From an uncultured Nitrososphaerales archaeon (GTDB lineage Archaea > Thermoproteota > Nitrososphaeria > Nitrososphaerales > Nitrososphaeraceae), in contig CAVOHZ010000004.1 of NCBI GenBank assembly GCA_963695855.1, forward strand, positions 1-64,000: a stretch of 64,000 nucleotides of DNA. The letters are read 5' to 3'. The position numbers and the translations under genes are program-made. Numbering within the stretch: the stretch's first letter is position 1; every line of letters begins with the position of its first letter. A model generated the notes under the pieces. That model was not told the origin of the DNA and did no database searches. It saw only the letters and a list, made by a program, of their open reading frames with translations. Shown piece after piece: positions 1 through 11,772 of the stretch.

Positions 1-1643
1 ACTAAACTAATATCTCAAAAGATAGGAAAGCCAAATCTAATTCAACAAGAAATCATCATTTCAGATATTGAGATAGACAATGCCAAAAAATGTATTTTGT
101 TACTAAAACAAAAAATTAATGAATTATGTTCAAAAAATAATAATGGTAAAATTTCTGTTTGGATACCTTATGCTGAGCTTTTAGAGAAAGAATTACCATC
201 AAACAAAGTAGATATGTAAGACTTCAAAAAAGAGTATTTTCTCTACTTAGGATTGTTCCAATAATAAAGTTAAATCATAGAAAATTACTTGTATTAGGAA
301 AGGAGACTTCAGTCATTGCAGATTTGGATGATTTAAGAGAAGTGTTATCTATAACTCAAAATTATGAGGGGATTCCAAAATATAAAATTGAATTCTTTAA
401 TGAAATATTTTATCCTTGTTACAAAGGAAAAAGATGTTGTTGATTCAAGCAAAGATGGTACAAAGCAAGAAGATAGAGCAGCAGTAACTGCTAGGCAACT
501 ATGTGAAGAATTCAAAAAAATAAAAGGCAAGTCAATAACTACCGATAATTTGAAAAAGACTTACCTTGATGAATTGATGATTAACGGCTTGATAGACTAT
601 GACAAGTCAAACATTGATTCTAAACAGTATATCTATTATCCAATAGTAGAACCTTTTTCATCATCAGCAATACCAGTAGCAGGAAATGAAGAATCATTAT
701 CTTTGTTATCGAATTCAGACCAATTCGATAACGTTTCACAATATTCATCAACAATTTATGAAAAAATTATAAAAATTATTAATGAAACATGGGTATTCTG
801 TGAAATTATGAAGTTAGTGCGATATCGAATCGATTTGAACAATATACAAGGTCCATTGGCAGATTATCTAAATAATCATGAAGAATTCCAATTCTTAGAT
901 AATAATAATTATTGTTCTTATAAGGTTGACAAAGAAAAGAAGAAAAAGAATCTATCGTTTCAGAAGTCGATATGAAAGAAATAAGCAATTCACACAAAGC
1001 AAAAGAAGAGGAATGTTGCTGTAATAATATCAACAAGTATACAAATGGTAGTAAACTAACAATCAGACAATTCATCAAAAAATATACTGATATCTCTTCT
1101 TATCGATTCGATAACAAACGGGGCTCAAATATTACTCCTTTTGGCAAAATAAGCCCAATCAAATCGAAACTGCCTAATTTCGATAATAAAGATAATAGAA
1201 GTCATGACAAAATAGAAAAAAATGAATCCTTAGAAACAACTTTAACCACAGAACAAGCGGTTTCTAATTCTGAAACAATAACAATTACAATACAGGATGA
1301 ACATGAAAAAAATGTAAATAATAGTGAAAATGAGATTGCCCTTAGAACACTCACAACTTCACAGCAGTATATGCTATCAAAAATAAAAGCAGGATTATTT
1401 ACTAATCATTTGATTTCTGAATCTGATTTATTGATTGAAGATTATAATTATAACCATGAAATTATAAATGATATAGATAGAGTCAAAGGAACAGACGGCT
1501 GGTTTTGCATAAAGTGCACAATGAAGGGAGACAAATGGTTCATGATGAAACATCCATGCAAGAATAAAATAATTTTTCAAAGAATTATTTCATTCAATAT
1601 CTTTCAATTATGTATCAATACTGAGTATCATTTCTTGTTATAA
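1..1643 (+). pseudogene. 3' part of a large mobile-element protein (possibly replication primase/helicase-associated), split by frameshifts; C-terminal Cys/His motif
   Basis: Frame 1 is open from base 1 to about 219 (VWIPYAELLEKELPSNK). Coding continues via shifts into ORFs 364..975 and 972..1643, the last carrying WFCIKC...KHPC. It lies inside the element that ends at 8658. Function is inference. Confidence 0.4.
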
Positions 1644-2278
1644 ATCTCCATGTAATGGGTGGTATTCCATATGGACAAGGTCCAGGATTTGATATCTTCT
1701 CAATAATCCACCGATTATTATTATTTTGATAATTATTTTTAGTTTGTTCTAGTTTTTCTGTTTCTGTCTTTAGATTCGAATGCATCTGATATAATTTACT
1801 TGTATCATAGGCAATTCCAAGAACATTTTCAAAATTTTTTCTATCTACTTGATTACGTAATAAAAAATAGTATACTCTAAATAAATCGTCAAGATGATAT
1901 TCATTATCAACATAGATCTGATATAATTCATTCATTTTTTGCAATCTTAAAAATTCTGTCCAATATTTTCTTGCCTCTTCAAAATCTAAATTCAATTCAA
2001 TTGCAACCTCTACTGGCGTCTTTGCTTGGAGCAATAGTTCATAAGTTCTACTACTTTTTGAAATTTTATTAATGGGTTTAGGCTTGATTATCCCCTTTTC
2101 TTTTTGTTTCTGATTTTAATTTTCGTTCGAATTTTTTTAAGATAGGTTTTATATCCCTTATCGATACATGAGCGATGTGGGCTATTTCACTATATGTTCT
2201 TCCTTCCTTATGTAACTTCATAACTAAATCGCGTTTTTCAAATTTATTCAAAGATGGAACTTCCATTTCGAGATTCAA
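1615..2278 (-). pseudogene. HTH-domain protein, split into two ORFs (2078..2278 and 1615..2034)
   Basis: Both parts have HTH-like segments (KEGRTYSEIAHIAHVSIRDI; KTPVEVAIELNLD). They are on the same strand and 43 bp apart. Confidence 0.55.
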
Positions 2279-2599
2279 TTAAAAAAGCGGCTAATAAACA
2301 TATGGTAGTGTATTTTCAACTGTCTATCTTTTCATACCATTTGATACCTATTAATACCTGCTATTTTTGTCCAATTCAGTTTATTTGAATAATACCACTA
2401 ACTATGTGAATAAGAATTTTTTCGATTTTTGAATTTTTAAAATAGTCAGAAGATTAATATTCAATTTTCTTACTGTTATTTGTTAGAATATTATGGTTAA
2501 ACAAATTATATAAGAATTTAAATAAGTCTATCAATTCTTAAATTAAAGAAGATTGTTTAAACCAATTCTTCATAAAAAACAATTACTTTTTAGGTTGTG

Positions 2600-3520
2600 T
2601 TGAATCTACCGTTGTTTATTTCAGTTGTTGGGAATCAGTTGGTATTATTCATGTGGTCTGCCAAATGCTATAGTAAAAATACTGATGGGTCAATATTGTG
2701 TGCTAGTAATAATAGATGAAAGCAGGATTCAGATGAAGTTTTCTGTAATTATTTGTCTTGCCTTCTTGCAAGATTTTTCTATATCTGTTAAAGAGAGAGG
2801 ATGAGCTCTTCAGACCATCTCGCATAATGATTTACACTAGCTCCAATTGAACCATGGCGTGCTAAAATACCACAAGCAGCTGACAAGAAAATGATTATAA
2901 AACATGAGTCTTTCGTATCCATGGCCTCTACTTTGATATCTTGCAAAGTTTTTCTCAACTGCTTCTTGTATTGGATTTCTAATTGATGGAGATTTACATT
3001 CTATTATAACCAGTGGAATACCATTAACAAAAACTACAATATCTGGATAAATTGGTTCTTTTAATCCTTCTAGTTGAAATTGATTTGTTACTAAAAAATC
3101 ATTATTTTCAACATTATCAAAATCAAATAATCTTACAGTTTTGTCTACATTTCCTTCTCCAAAGTTTTGGGTTACTGTAATTGGGTCCAATCCACCTGAA
3201 CGAGAAAGACCAACAAGTTTTGCTCTTATTTGCTCATTTGTATCCATTGCATCCAACGTTGCTGGATAATAATCTTCCTTTATCTGGTCTAAAGCATCAT
3301 AAACACCATCTTCATCTATTTCTGGATTTAATTTCCTGATTGTTTTTTCTAGTCTGTCATAAAGTAAAATTTGTCTGTAATCTTTTCTTTCAATATTGAG
3401 TTCTTGTTGAGTTTTATATTCATACCCCATTACTTGGAGTTGTTCTAATGCTGGTTTTTCAGATTCAATAAATTCTTCGCTTTCTTCTCTTCCTGAAATA
3501 AAAAAATCTTTTTTTAACAA
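2600..3520 (-). pseudogene. hsdR: Type I restriction subunit R, N-terminal nuclease region only (truncated)
   Basis: HsdR_N motifs (NDFLVTNQF; YPDIVVFVNGIPLVIIECKSP). Frameshift near 2880, then decayed sequence. No helicase motifs follow. The left boundary is approximate. Confidence 0.85.
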
Positions 3521-3522
3521 GA

Positions 3523-4748
3523 CTATAATTTAACCCTTATTTTTCCAGTTAGAAGTTGCTGCATTAAACCTTTTTTGAGGTTTTCAAGTAGTATTTTTTC
3601 TCTTATATTATGAAAAATTAAATCATCTGTACCTAATAATATAGAAGAAATTAGATTTTGTTCTTCTTTTGAAGGGAGAGGAACTAAAAGAGGGTTTAAT
3701 GTTTGAAGGTTAATATTCGATTGGGCACTAATAGTTGCCTTTGATTGTAAAAATTTTTTTTGTGTTCTTAGAAAATATTCTAAAAATTTGATATTCATTT
3801 TAGAGGTAGAGATACCAACTATGCTGTCAGGAAAATAAACTGGAAAAGTAGTAATTGCAGTACTTCCTATATTTGCTGCTATAGTAATAACTATTGTATC
3901 TTTTGGAAATAATTTGCTGACTGATATCCCTTTTTCATTTAATGTTTGAGAATAATTTTTTATATAACCATCAGAATTTTCTACATCTCCTGTTGAATAA
4001 AAGGATATTTTCCACCGTAATAGGCAGGGTCATTTCTTGGTCTGTGTGAAAACTTTCCTCTTTCAATTTTAGATATTTCTCCCAATTTGGCAATTTCCCA
4101 CTCATCAGGAATTTCTCCTAGTTCTGTTTTCTTAAATTTAGTATGTCCTATTCCTTTAGTCAATAATCTTTGCATTAATTCTTTTTTGAGTCTTTGAGTT
4201 TGTTCAATTATTTGTTCTGTTTTTTGTATTAGTTCATCTATATTTGAAAGAATAGTTGCAATTTTCTCTGTTGTTCATTTTTTTGGAGAAGCGGTAATTA
4301 AGTTCTTGACATATTTTGCTATTTTAGGAGGATAAGTAGGTCCAGTCATATGCATATTTAACTGAGATTCTTAATATCACTTTAATAAAGTTAAAGATGA
4401 AGTTAAGTTCGTAAATTACTTAAACTTTAGCACTGCAAATGTTGTAAAAGGTATTGAAGAATTGCACTCTACTATTGTTGTCTTGATGAAGATATGGTCT
4501 TACTGTAGAGACAATTATTTCATTTTTTCTGACCATTCTTTGTGTCTCTCTTGGACGTTTAGTAATTTAATATATTCTATTTTTTAGGGAAGTTTTCAGT
4601 AGAGCCAATGCAATATTTCCATTTCATCAAACGAATACTTTTTATCAGTAGTTTCGGGTTCATTTCAACAATTTCATCTAGATGTTTTTATTTCCCATCC
4701 TCTGGAATTTTCTAATTTAGTTTGTTAAATCTCTTTTACTTTTTGCAT
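3523..4748 (-). pseudogene. hsdS: Type I restriction-modification specificity subunit S, multiply frameshifted
   Basis: Fragments LMQRLLTKGIGHTKFKKTELGEIPDEWE and PLPSKEEQ...LKKGLMQQLLTGKIRV. Lies between hsdM and hsdR. Confidence 0.85.
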
Positions 4749-4749
4749 T

Positions 4750-6298
4750 CTATATCTTAAATCCTAATTCCTTTAGATTCTTGGTTACTTGAATTTCTAT
4801 TACTTGTTTGTCTCTTTCTAATTTCTTTAATTCATTAATTGTCTTTTGAATATCAATTTCATCTTCTGCTTCTGAAATATCTACATATCTTGGAACATTT
4901 AGATTGAATTCATTTTCTTTCAACTCTTCAAAATCGGCAATATGACAATATCCATCAATATCTTGATATTTCTGGAAAGCGGAAACAATTTTCTTTATAT
5001 CATCTTGCCTTAACAGATTCCTAACTTTTCCTTCTTCATACTCTTTTGCTGCATATATGAGAATTACCTTATTTTTTCTCTTTTGGGGGTTTATTTTTAT
5101 TTAATATAAGAACACAACCTGGAATCCCCGTTCCATAAAATAACTTCGGAGGTAATGCAATTATTCCTTCAATTACATCCTCTTTCATCATATTTTCTCT
5201 TATTCTGGATTCTTCATTTCCTCTAAACAAAACACCTTGCGAACATATTACAGCAACTTGTCCTTTATCATTTAAAGAAGAATACATATGTTGGATAAAA
5301 GCAAAATCTGCCTTATCTTGTCCAGGTGGAATTCCGAATTTAAAACGATTGTATGGGTCCTTTGAAGCAATTTTGTTATCCCAATCCATACTAAAAGGAA
5401 AATTCGCTAGAACTCTATCATATTTCTTCAGTTGACCTCCTTCTACTAGCTTAGGATTTGCCAAAATATCGCCATACTCGATTTTAAAATCAATAATATT
5501 GTGAAGAACCATATTCATTTTACACATTGCAAGATTGCCATAATTGCTTTCCTGTCCCTCTAAAACTAAGTCTCTAGGATTTCCACCATTCCTTTCAACA
5601 TATTTTCTGGATTCAATAAGCATACCACCAGAACCACATGTAGGGTCACAAATTCTCATCCCTTCTTTTGGTTCTACTAAATTAACAAGCAAACTGACAA
5701 TTTCTCTAGGAGTAAAAAATTCTCCTCCTTTCTTTTTTGTCTCGTCAGCAAATTCTGCTAAAAGATATTCATATGCATCTCCAAAGATATCTTCTTTTTC
5801 TAAATCTTCATTCCTTAGTCGCGGAGAATTAAAATGAGATATTAATGCTCTGAGCTTATCGTCAGGATATTTCCTTTTATCGTTGTATTTTGTATTTGTG
5901 AGAACACCTTCTAAATCAGGATTTTCTCTTTCAATTATTCTACAGACATCATCTATTTTTTCACCTATATTTTCTGCTGTAGAAGAAAGGATTGACCATC
6001 GAGCATTGTCAGGAATATAAAAATAATGTCTACGTTTGCTGTACGCTTCTTTTTGATTCATACCTTTTTTTATCAGTTTCTCAGCATTTTCTTCAAAGGT
6101 ATCATTCAAACGTTTCAAAAATAGCAAAGTCATTACAGGTTGTCTATACTCAGAAGCATCAAGTGAACCTCTCAAAATATCTGCTGCACTCCAAAGATGA
6201 GATTTTAAAAAGTCAAAAGTAATTTTATTTGGCTTATCTAAAGTATAATTAGTTGGCTTGACTGTATTTGCTTTCTGTAGTTGCTCCTTTTTTGGCAA
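4750..6298 (-). CDS. hsdM: Type I restriction-modification N6-adenine methyltransferase subunit M (one frameshift near 5075)
   Basis: GEFFTP, DPTCGSGG and ANFPFS motifs. After the stop at 5069 another frame continues YAAKEYEEGK...NLNVPRYV to a stop at 4750. Confidence 0.9.
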
Positions 6299-6897
6299 TT
6301 TATAATTAGGTAATATTGATTGTTTATTTGTTTTTCTAAAAAATTACAATTCAATCAGTAATCCACTTCCAGAAAATGTTTACATTTAATACTTATAATA
6401 AAATGCCGGCTACTGGTCAATCAGTTTATCTATATATGTATATAAGAAATAATTCAATATTGATAATAAATGAAATCTTTGAATTGCTATTTTGAATATT
6501 TACCATCATTAGTAATCCAATAGACTGTTCCTTGTGATTTTTGTTATTATTGTAGAGAATTTTTATGTTTTCATAATGATAAGACGTATTTTTAGGTTCT
6601 TTCGAATCATCGAGTGTTACATTGGATGTTTGAAGTTTGCCAAAAAAAGTTCTATTAATTATACTTGAAAAAATTAAAAGATATAGTTCAAAGCATCTTG
6701 AGGATGACCTTGAAATGATGTATGTAATTAGACTCTGATGAGAATAGAATAAAAGAATTCACAAATAACATATAAGTCAGGTATGCTGTAAGCTGCTAGA
6801 CGAGATAAGAGAATTACGTCAGAAGAACAAATGAAGTTTTAGAGAAAACGTGTTGTGGAATTAGGTTTAATTCAGCTTTATGCCGAATTTGTAATTT

Positions 6898-7299
6898 CTA
6901 TTTTGATTGTACGTGATTTTGAAGTTTTTGTTGTCCAAAAAATTTTTCTGACTTGGTATTTGGATTCTTGATAAACTCGATATTTTCTTTGAGTGCTATT
7001 TTGCAATATTTTTCTAATAATCTACCTTTTTCAGAGTTATTATTGAACATGTACATATACGCTTTTCCACTTTTTCCAGTTTTAATAACTAGTTTCTCTT
7101 CTAGCAGTACAGGTAATATTCTATCCAAACTACGTGGAGATATTCCTGCAGATTTACAGATATCAGAATGAGAATAATCAAAATGTTGATTCATGATAAG
7201 AAAATCTAAAACTCTAGCATGTGTACTATTAAACACTCTTTCCAAAATCCGTTTAGGATTCTGTTGTAAATTTCGTGTTAGATTTTGTTGTGTTGCCAT
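6898..7299 (-). CDS. Winged-helix transcriptional regulator
   Basis: ARVLDFL...YSHSDICKSAGISPRSLDRILPVLLEEKLVIKTGKSGKAYMY is a typical wHTH. Confidence 0.75.
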   Translation of the reverse strand: MATQQNLTRNLQQNPKRILERVFNSTHARVLDFLIMNQHFDYSHSDICKSAGISPRSLDRILPVLLEEKLVIKTGKSGKAYMYMFNNNSEKGRLLEKYCKIALKENIEFIKNPNTKSEKFFGQQKLQNHVQSK

Positions 7300-7431
7300 A
7301 GGTGAAAATATCTATCATGATATCTGTATAAAAATATTACGCTTATTGTGACATATAATAATGATTATCAGATATTTTTTTACGTAAAATATGGCATAGT
7401 TTATATGTGTGAGAAGTAAAAGCTTATCAAA

Positions 7432-8229
7432 TTGTTATCAGTAAAAGAATGGAGAATCCATATTCTTTTATATTTTCTCCCAGGCGGAAAAGAGTATTAT
7501 ATTTGTACTAAAGAATCAATTATACAAAATTTTACAGGACATTTAGATGAAAATTTTTATATCGCTTTTCAATCTCTCATAAACGATAATTATATAATAA
7601 GTCCAACTGAATATCACTCTGTCTTTGCAATAAATCTTCAAAAAATATCTACTATTGAAGAAGAGCTGTTTGGTTCTAACAAAGAAATTGACACTGATAT
7701 AGTTCAACCATTTGACCGTAACTTTAGTAACATGGCATTTGTGTTTGAAAGCGAAACTGACAGAAACTTACCAAATAAAGGAAAGTACTATCATTTTACA
7801 AAGAAAGGAGATAATTCTTTCTGGGTATCTGTAGTAAAAACCAAAGGAAGTTCAAAATCAAATAAACTTATCTTAGGTTCACTTGACAATCCAAAAAGCC
7901 GAATTTATAGAATTCGTAGAGCGATAATAAAGATAATACGTGAATCAGGAAACGATACTTTCATCAAGAAGAATATAGAAGATATTGAACCAAATGCTTG
8001 TGGTAATACTCGTCAGTATTCCAGAGCAGCATTGGATATCTTAGAGTATCTAGGATTAGTTCGGGCAATCAAATCTAAGGGTAGGTCGCCAATTTATATT
8101 ATTACAGAAAAAATATCCATAGGAATTGAAGACACATACGTAAAACAATTGAGACATTCAACCAGACAAACAACGTTACCAGAGATATTCAAAATATTAA
8201 TTAATTCTTCTACAAATATCACAAAATAA
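7432..8229 (+). CDS. Hypothetical protein with a probable C-terminal winged helix
   Basis: 265-aa ORF with YSRAALDILEYLGLVRAIKSKGRSPIY; divergent from the wHTH gene. Confidence 0.55.
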   Translation: MLSVKEWRIHILLYFLPGGKEYYICTKESIIQNFTGHLDENFYIAFQSLINDNYIISPTEYHSVFAINLQKISTIEEELFGSNKEIDTDIVQPFDRNFSNMAFVFESETDRNLPNKGKYYHFTKKGDNSFWVSVVKTKGSSKSNKLILGSLDNPKSRIYRIRRAIIKIIRESGNDTFIKKNIEDIEPNACGNTRQYSRAALDILEYLGLVRAIKSKGRSPIYIITEKISIGIEDTYVKQLRHSTRQTTLPEIFKILINSSTNITK

Positions 8230-8639
8230 TATTGAATCAGTCGACTTGCACCACCAGTCTGAATCAGTTGGATATGCAGTAGAACTTAATTTTAATTAAT
8301 TAATCTATTATTCTAGCGAGGTTAGATAACCCTTGGCGTACACCTTCAGGATTCTGGTCCCAATCCAGCAGCTCAACTTAGCAATTGTCTTTTTAAGATA
8401 ATAGCAGTAGACGTAAGAAATATTTATTATAAATATTAAATTTAAAAACATACGTTTCCTTACAGCTGGTGATAAACTGTAAGTTAATTGTCGGAGCAAA
8501 CTTGTATAAAGCTAATTAAATTTATTTTTATAACTTTCTTTTGATAATTATTAAAAACCTAATTCTTGAAAACACATAATAGATGGGCTGCATTATCCTA
8601 AATCAATGAATCCAAAATATCGGATTCGCAGCGGGCATA

Positions 8640-8658
8640 CAAATCCCGGCCCGGGCGC
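8640..8658 (+). other. Putative attR site: copy of an archaeal tRNA 3' end (most like tRNA-Asp)
   Basis: CAAATCCCGGCCCGGGCGC resembles the T-loop and acceptor 3' half of archaeal tRNA-Asp. It is a GC-rich spot at the end of the mobile region, with no tRNA 5' half. Confidence 0.6.
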
Positions 8659-8981
8659 TATTTTAAGTTCCAATGCCTCATCAATATCTAAAAATTTCTT
8701 TAATTTGGTATAATTTCAAGAATTCCAAATAGACTCTTTTTATACTAATAATAACTCGAGTTTTTGCATCTATAGGAATAAGCGTCATAAATAAAGATAA
8801 GTTAATCTATTTATCCAACAACAATATTCTCTACTCTTCTATACTTAATGCTAGTAAAATCAATATAGTATTTTGCATTAAGGTATATGTTGGTTTGATC
8901 AATGCTTAGTAAAACAATTAATTTTGTTAATTTTAAGTAGAATAGATGTTTATTAATTATAAATTAAAATTTAGCGAGTTT

Positions 8982-10331
8982 TTATTTCTTATCATCTTCT
9001 TTTTTTGTTTCTTTAAAAACAAAGTCTACGTATTTTTTTAATGCTCTTTCATCAAATTCTATTGGTATATTTGTTTCTCTTTCTATACTACCTTTACGTT
9101 GAGTAATTGCTTTGACAGTTTTTTCAATTTCTTTTTTCATTTCAGCGTATCCAATTAATCCTAAAAGCCTTGATTCTGTTGCATGTTTGTAGATAGATTT
9201 ACGTAACTTATAATTAGCTGAAACAAGAGCAGCCGAATTATAAATTCCTAACAACATCAAAAATGCTGCTATAGGTAAAACAGAGATAGTAACAAGTCCA
9301 AATGGTGGATATGGAGCAAGTGTTTGTATTAATGCTTGATTTGCACCAAATATTAAAAGAACCCCCCAACCAGAGAAAATCATATATAGTCTTATATTTT
9401 TTTCATAACTTACAGTCTTTGATATGTTCCAAAATGCAATGGCAAATGTTAATCCTCCAATCGGTTTACTTAATGATAGAAAGGTTGTTAATACGATAGA
9501 AACAGAAATAGGATCAATTGTTAAATACGAAATTAATAGATCAGATAATATAATTTGATAAATGGAATTTACTAAAAAATACAAAAGAGGTATAAATAGG
9601 ATAGACCAGGACACTATAACATTAATTAGCTTTTCTCTATAAGAATTCATTAATAGGGCTGTTGTAATCCATATACTAACAAATGATATAATAGAAGATA
9701 CTTTGTAAATACTGTCCAAAATTACATATTTACCAACAGATAGATCTACTGTCCCCCCTACAAATTTTCGGATTTCATCTGGTCTATCGTTTAACTTGAT
9801 GACTGTAACAGTAGCCATCATTATTAAATTAAATGCTATCAATAGCATAGAAATAAAATATAGAAAAACTATCCAATTATGATTACATTTGAACCAAGAA
9901 ATAAACAAAATAGACAATCTAAGTATAAAAGATGATGCTATTCCATAACTTATAATGATAATCAATATAGGAAGTGATATCTTGTAGTAGTTATTGTAGA
10001 ACTGTTGAAATATTAATACTCCCATTAACGTTCCTATTACGACTAAGGATACTAATAAAATTCTAAACAACATATTAACATTTAGTGTCTTAATTATTAG
10101 ATGTCTTTTAAATGACCTTTCTAAATAATTTATTAAAATAAATTGTAATATTATACATATAAACACATTTATAGAAAATAAGAAAAACTTTACTTGGTCA
10201 GGAATAAAAGACTTATCTACCAAATCATAAACTTTGACAATAGAAGTATCAATTACTATAGTAACAATCAGACCCATCATAAGGAAGAGCAATTTTTTAT
10301 AGTTAACTGGATCTTCATATTGTTTGAGCAA
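8982..10331 (-). CDS. Polytopic membrane protein (about 11 TM helices) with a charged C-terminal tail
   Basis: 449-aa ORF with many hydrophobic segments. Confidence 0.8.
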   Translation of the reverse strand: MLKQYEDPVNYKKLLFLMMGLIVTIVIDTSIVKVYDLVDKSFIPDQVKFFLFSINVFICIILQFILINYLERSFKRHLIIKTLNVNMLFRILLVSLVVIGTLMGVLIFQQFYNNYYKISLPILIIIISYGIASSFILRLSILFISWFKCNHNWIVFLYFISMLLIAFNLIMMATVTVIKLNDRPDEIRKFVGGTVDLSVGKYVILDSIYKVSSIISFVSIWITTALLMNSYREKLINVIVSWSILFIPLLYFLVNSIYQIILSDLLISYLTIDPISVSIVLTTFLSLSKPIGGLTFAIAFWNISKTVSYEKNIRLYMIFSGWGVLLIFGANQALIQTLAPYPPFGLVTISVLPIAAFLMLLGIYNSAALVSANYKLRKSIYKHATESRLLGLIGYAEMKKEIEKTVKAITQRKGSIERETNIPIEFDERALKKYVDFVFKETKKEDDKK

Positions 10332-11109
10332 ACTTGATATTTATAATAAAAGACCCAAACATAACGTTTTTGTATGCCTAAGGTCATTTTGGTATAGATT
10401 GATAAAAATCTTTTATGGTGCAATCTCTCTTATGATTATATTATTAATCTCTTCCCTAATGTTATCCTCATCTGTCTCTGCAGCTACTTCAATCAATATT
10501 TTTAACCCAGAAAGCAATCCTTATGGCTTACCGTATGAACAACATGTTAAAGACTTCTGGAAATGGATAATATCTATACCACAAGATAAGAGTCCATGGG
10601 AAGATGAGACAGGAGAAAACTGCAATATTGGACAATTAGACACAAATTCATCAATTTTTTATCTAAGTAGTAATGGTGGCGGTAAATCTGATAGAACATG
10701 TAAAGTGCCAGCAGGAAAAGGTCTCTTTATACCAGTTTCACCAATGGAGATATCTGACAAGGAAGCTCCAAATAGATCATTAGAGGATTTACACAAAATT
10801 GCAAAGAAAGATCAAGATAGTGTTACAAGTTTGTATCTTAAAATAGACGATAAAGAATATACTCGCCAAGATCTTAGCAAGTATAGAATACCTACAGAGA
10901 ATTTTGAAGTAACTTTTCCCAAGAATGCAGTTTTCGGAGCTACTGAAGGTATTTCTAAGGCTGTAGCCGATGGTTATTATGTAATTACGGAACCGCTTGA
11001 AAAGGGCAATTATACTATTTTGTATAAATCAAGTTTAATATGTCCAGAAATAGATTGTATACAACCTAATTTTGCTCAAGATATAAAGTATACATTGGTA
11101 GTTGAATAA
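10324..11109 (+). CDS. Secreted hypothetical protein (true start probably about 10431)
   Basis: Signal-like LMIILLISSLMLSSSVSA followed by PYG...FWKW...C...RTCKVPAGKGLFIPV...ADGYYV. Confidence 0.75.
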   Translation: MSKLDIYNKRPKHNVFVCLRSFWYRLIKIFYGAISLMIILLISSLMLSSSVSAATSINIFNPESNPYGLPYEQHVKDFWKWIISIPQDKSPWEDETGENCNIGQLDTNSSIFYLSSNGGGKSDRTCKVPAGKGLFIPVSPMEISDKEAPNRSLEDLHKIAKKDQDSVTSLYLKIDDKEYTRQDLSKYRIPTENFEVTFPKNAVFGATEGISKAVADGYYVITEPLEKGNYTILYKSSLICPEIDCIQPNFAQDIKYTLVVE

Positions 11110-11332
11110 AAAACTGTGTATGACATTTTAACTCATGTGCTCGTTGTTAATTAAATAGAAAAGTAAATTATCAAAGATAACTTAATTTTAGAAAATTTAG
11201 AAGATTTTATATAAAATTATTAGATAGATTTGCTTTAAACTAATATTAATGCTATATCTGACGCTTATATAATTGAAGTTCACAGTAAATAAAAAATTAG
11301 GAAATATTTAATATTAATCTAATATTTAATAG

Positions 11333-11379
11333 ATATATGTTTAGAGTTGATATCAACGCTGTGCCCCGACCCGGGCGCT
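11333..11379 (+). repeat. att-like motif copy 2: palindrome GTTGATATCAAC followed by CCCGACCCGGGCGCT
   Basis: The 3' part matches the 8644-8659 region with one mismatch. The 5' 34 bp match 14191-14224 at 27/34 positions. Confidence 0.55.
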
Positions 11380-11772
11380 CTTTACAGATATAACTTTTGC
11401 CAACCCACAAGTTTAATAGTATAAAGTTCATCTAATAATTCTCATTCTATTGAACCTTCTCTAATCAGGGTTGTAATAGTGTCTTAATACTTATAGTATT
11501 TTGCCTTGAAATAAGTCAATTAGTTTTTGTTCTCTTCTTCAGGTTTTTTAATAAAAGAATATAAAAATTTTTAAAAGAATTATGTTTAGAGCTAAAGATT
11601 TGACTATATTAGATAACGAAATAATATCAGATATTAATTTTATATTAAATTTATATAATTAAAAAAATATTTATATTAATTGAAGATTTTCTTCATGAAT
11701 TGAGTGGAAAAAGCTATAATATCTTGAATTAGATATTATATGAGAATCTAAATAAAAAATTTTATTATTAGG

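Noticed and set aside
8600-8660. Complete tRNA gene
   Set aside because: Only the last ~19 nt resemble a tRNA; no D-arm, anticodon arm or 5' acceptor strand.
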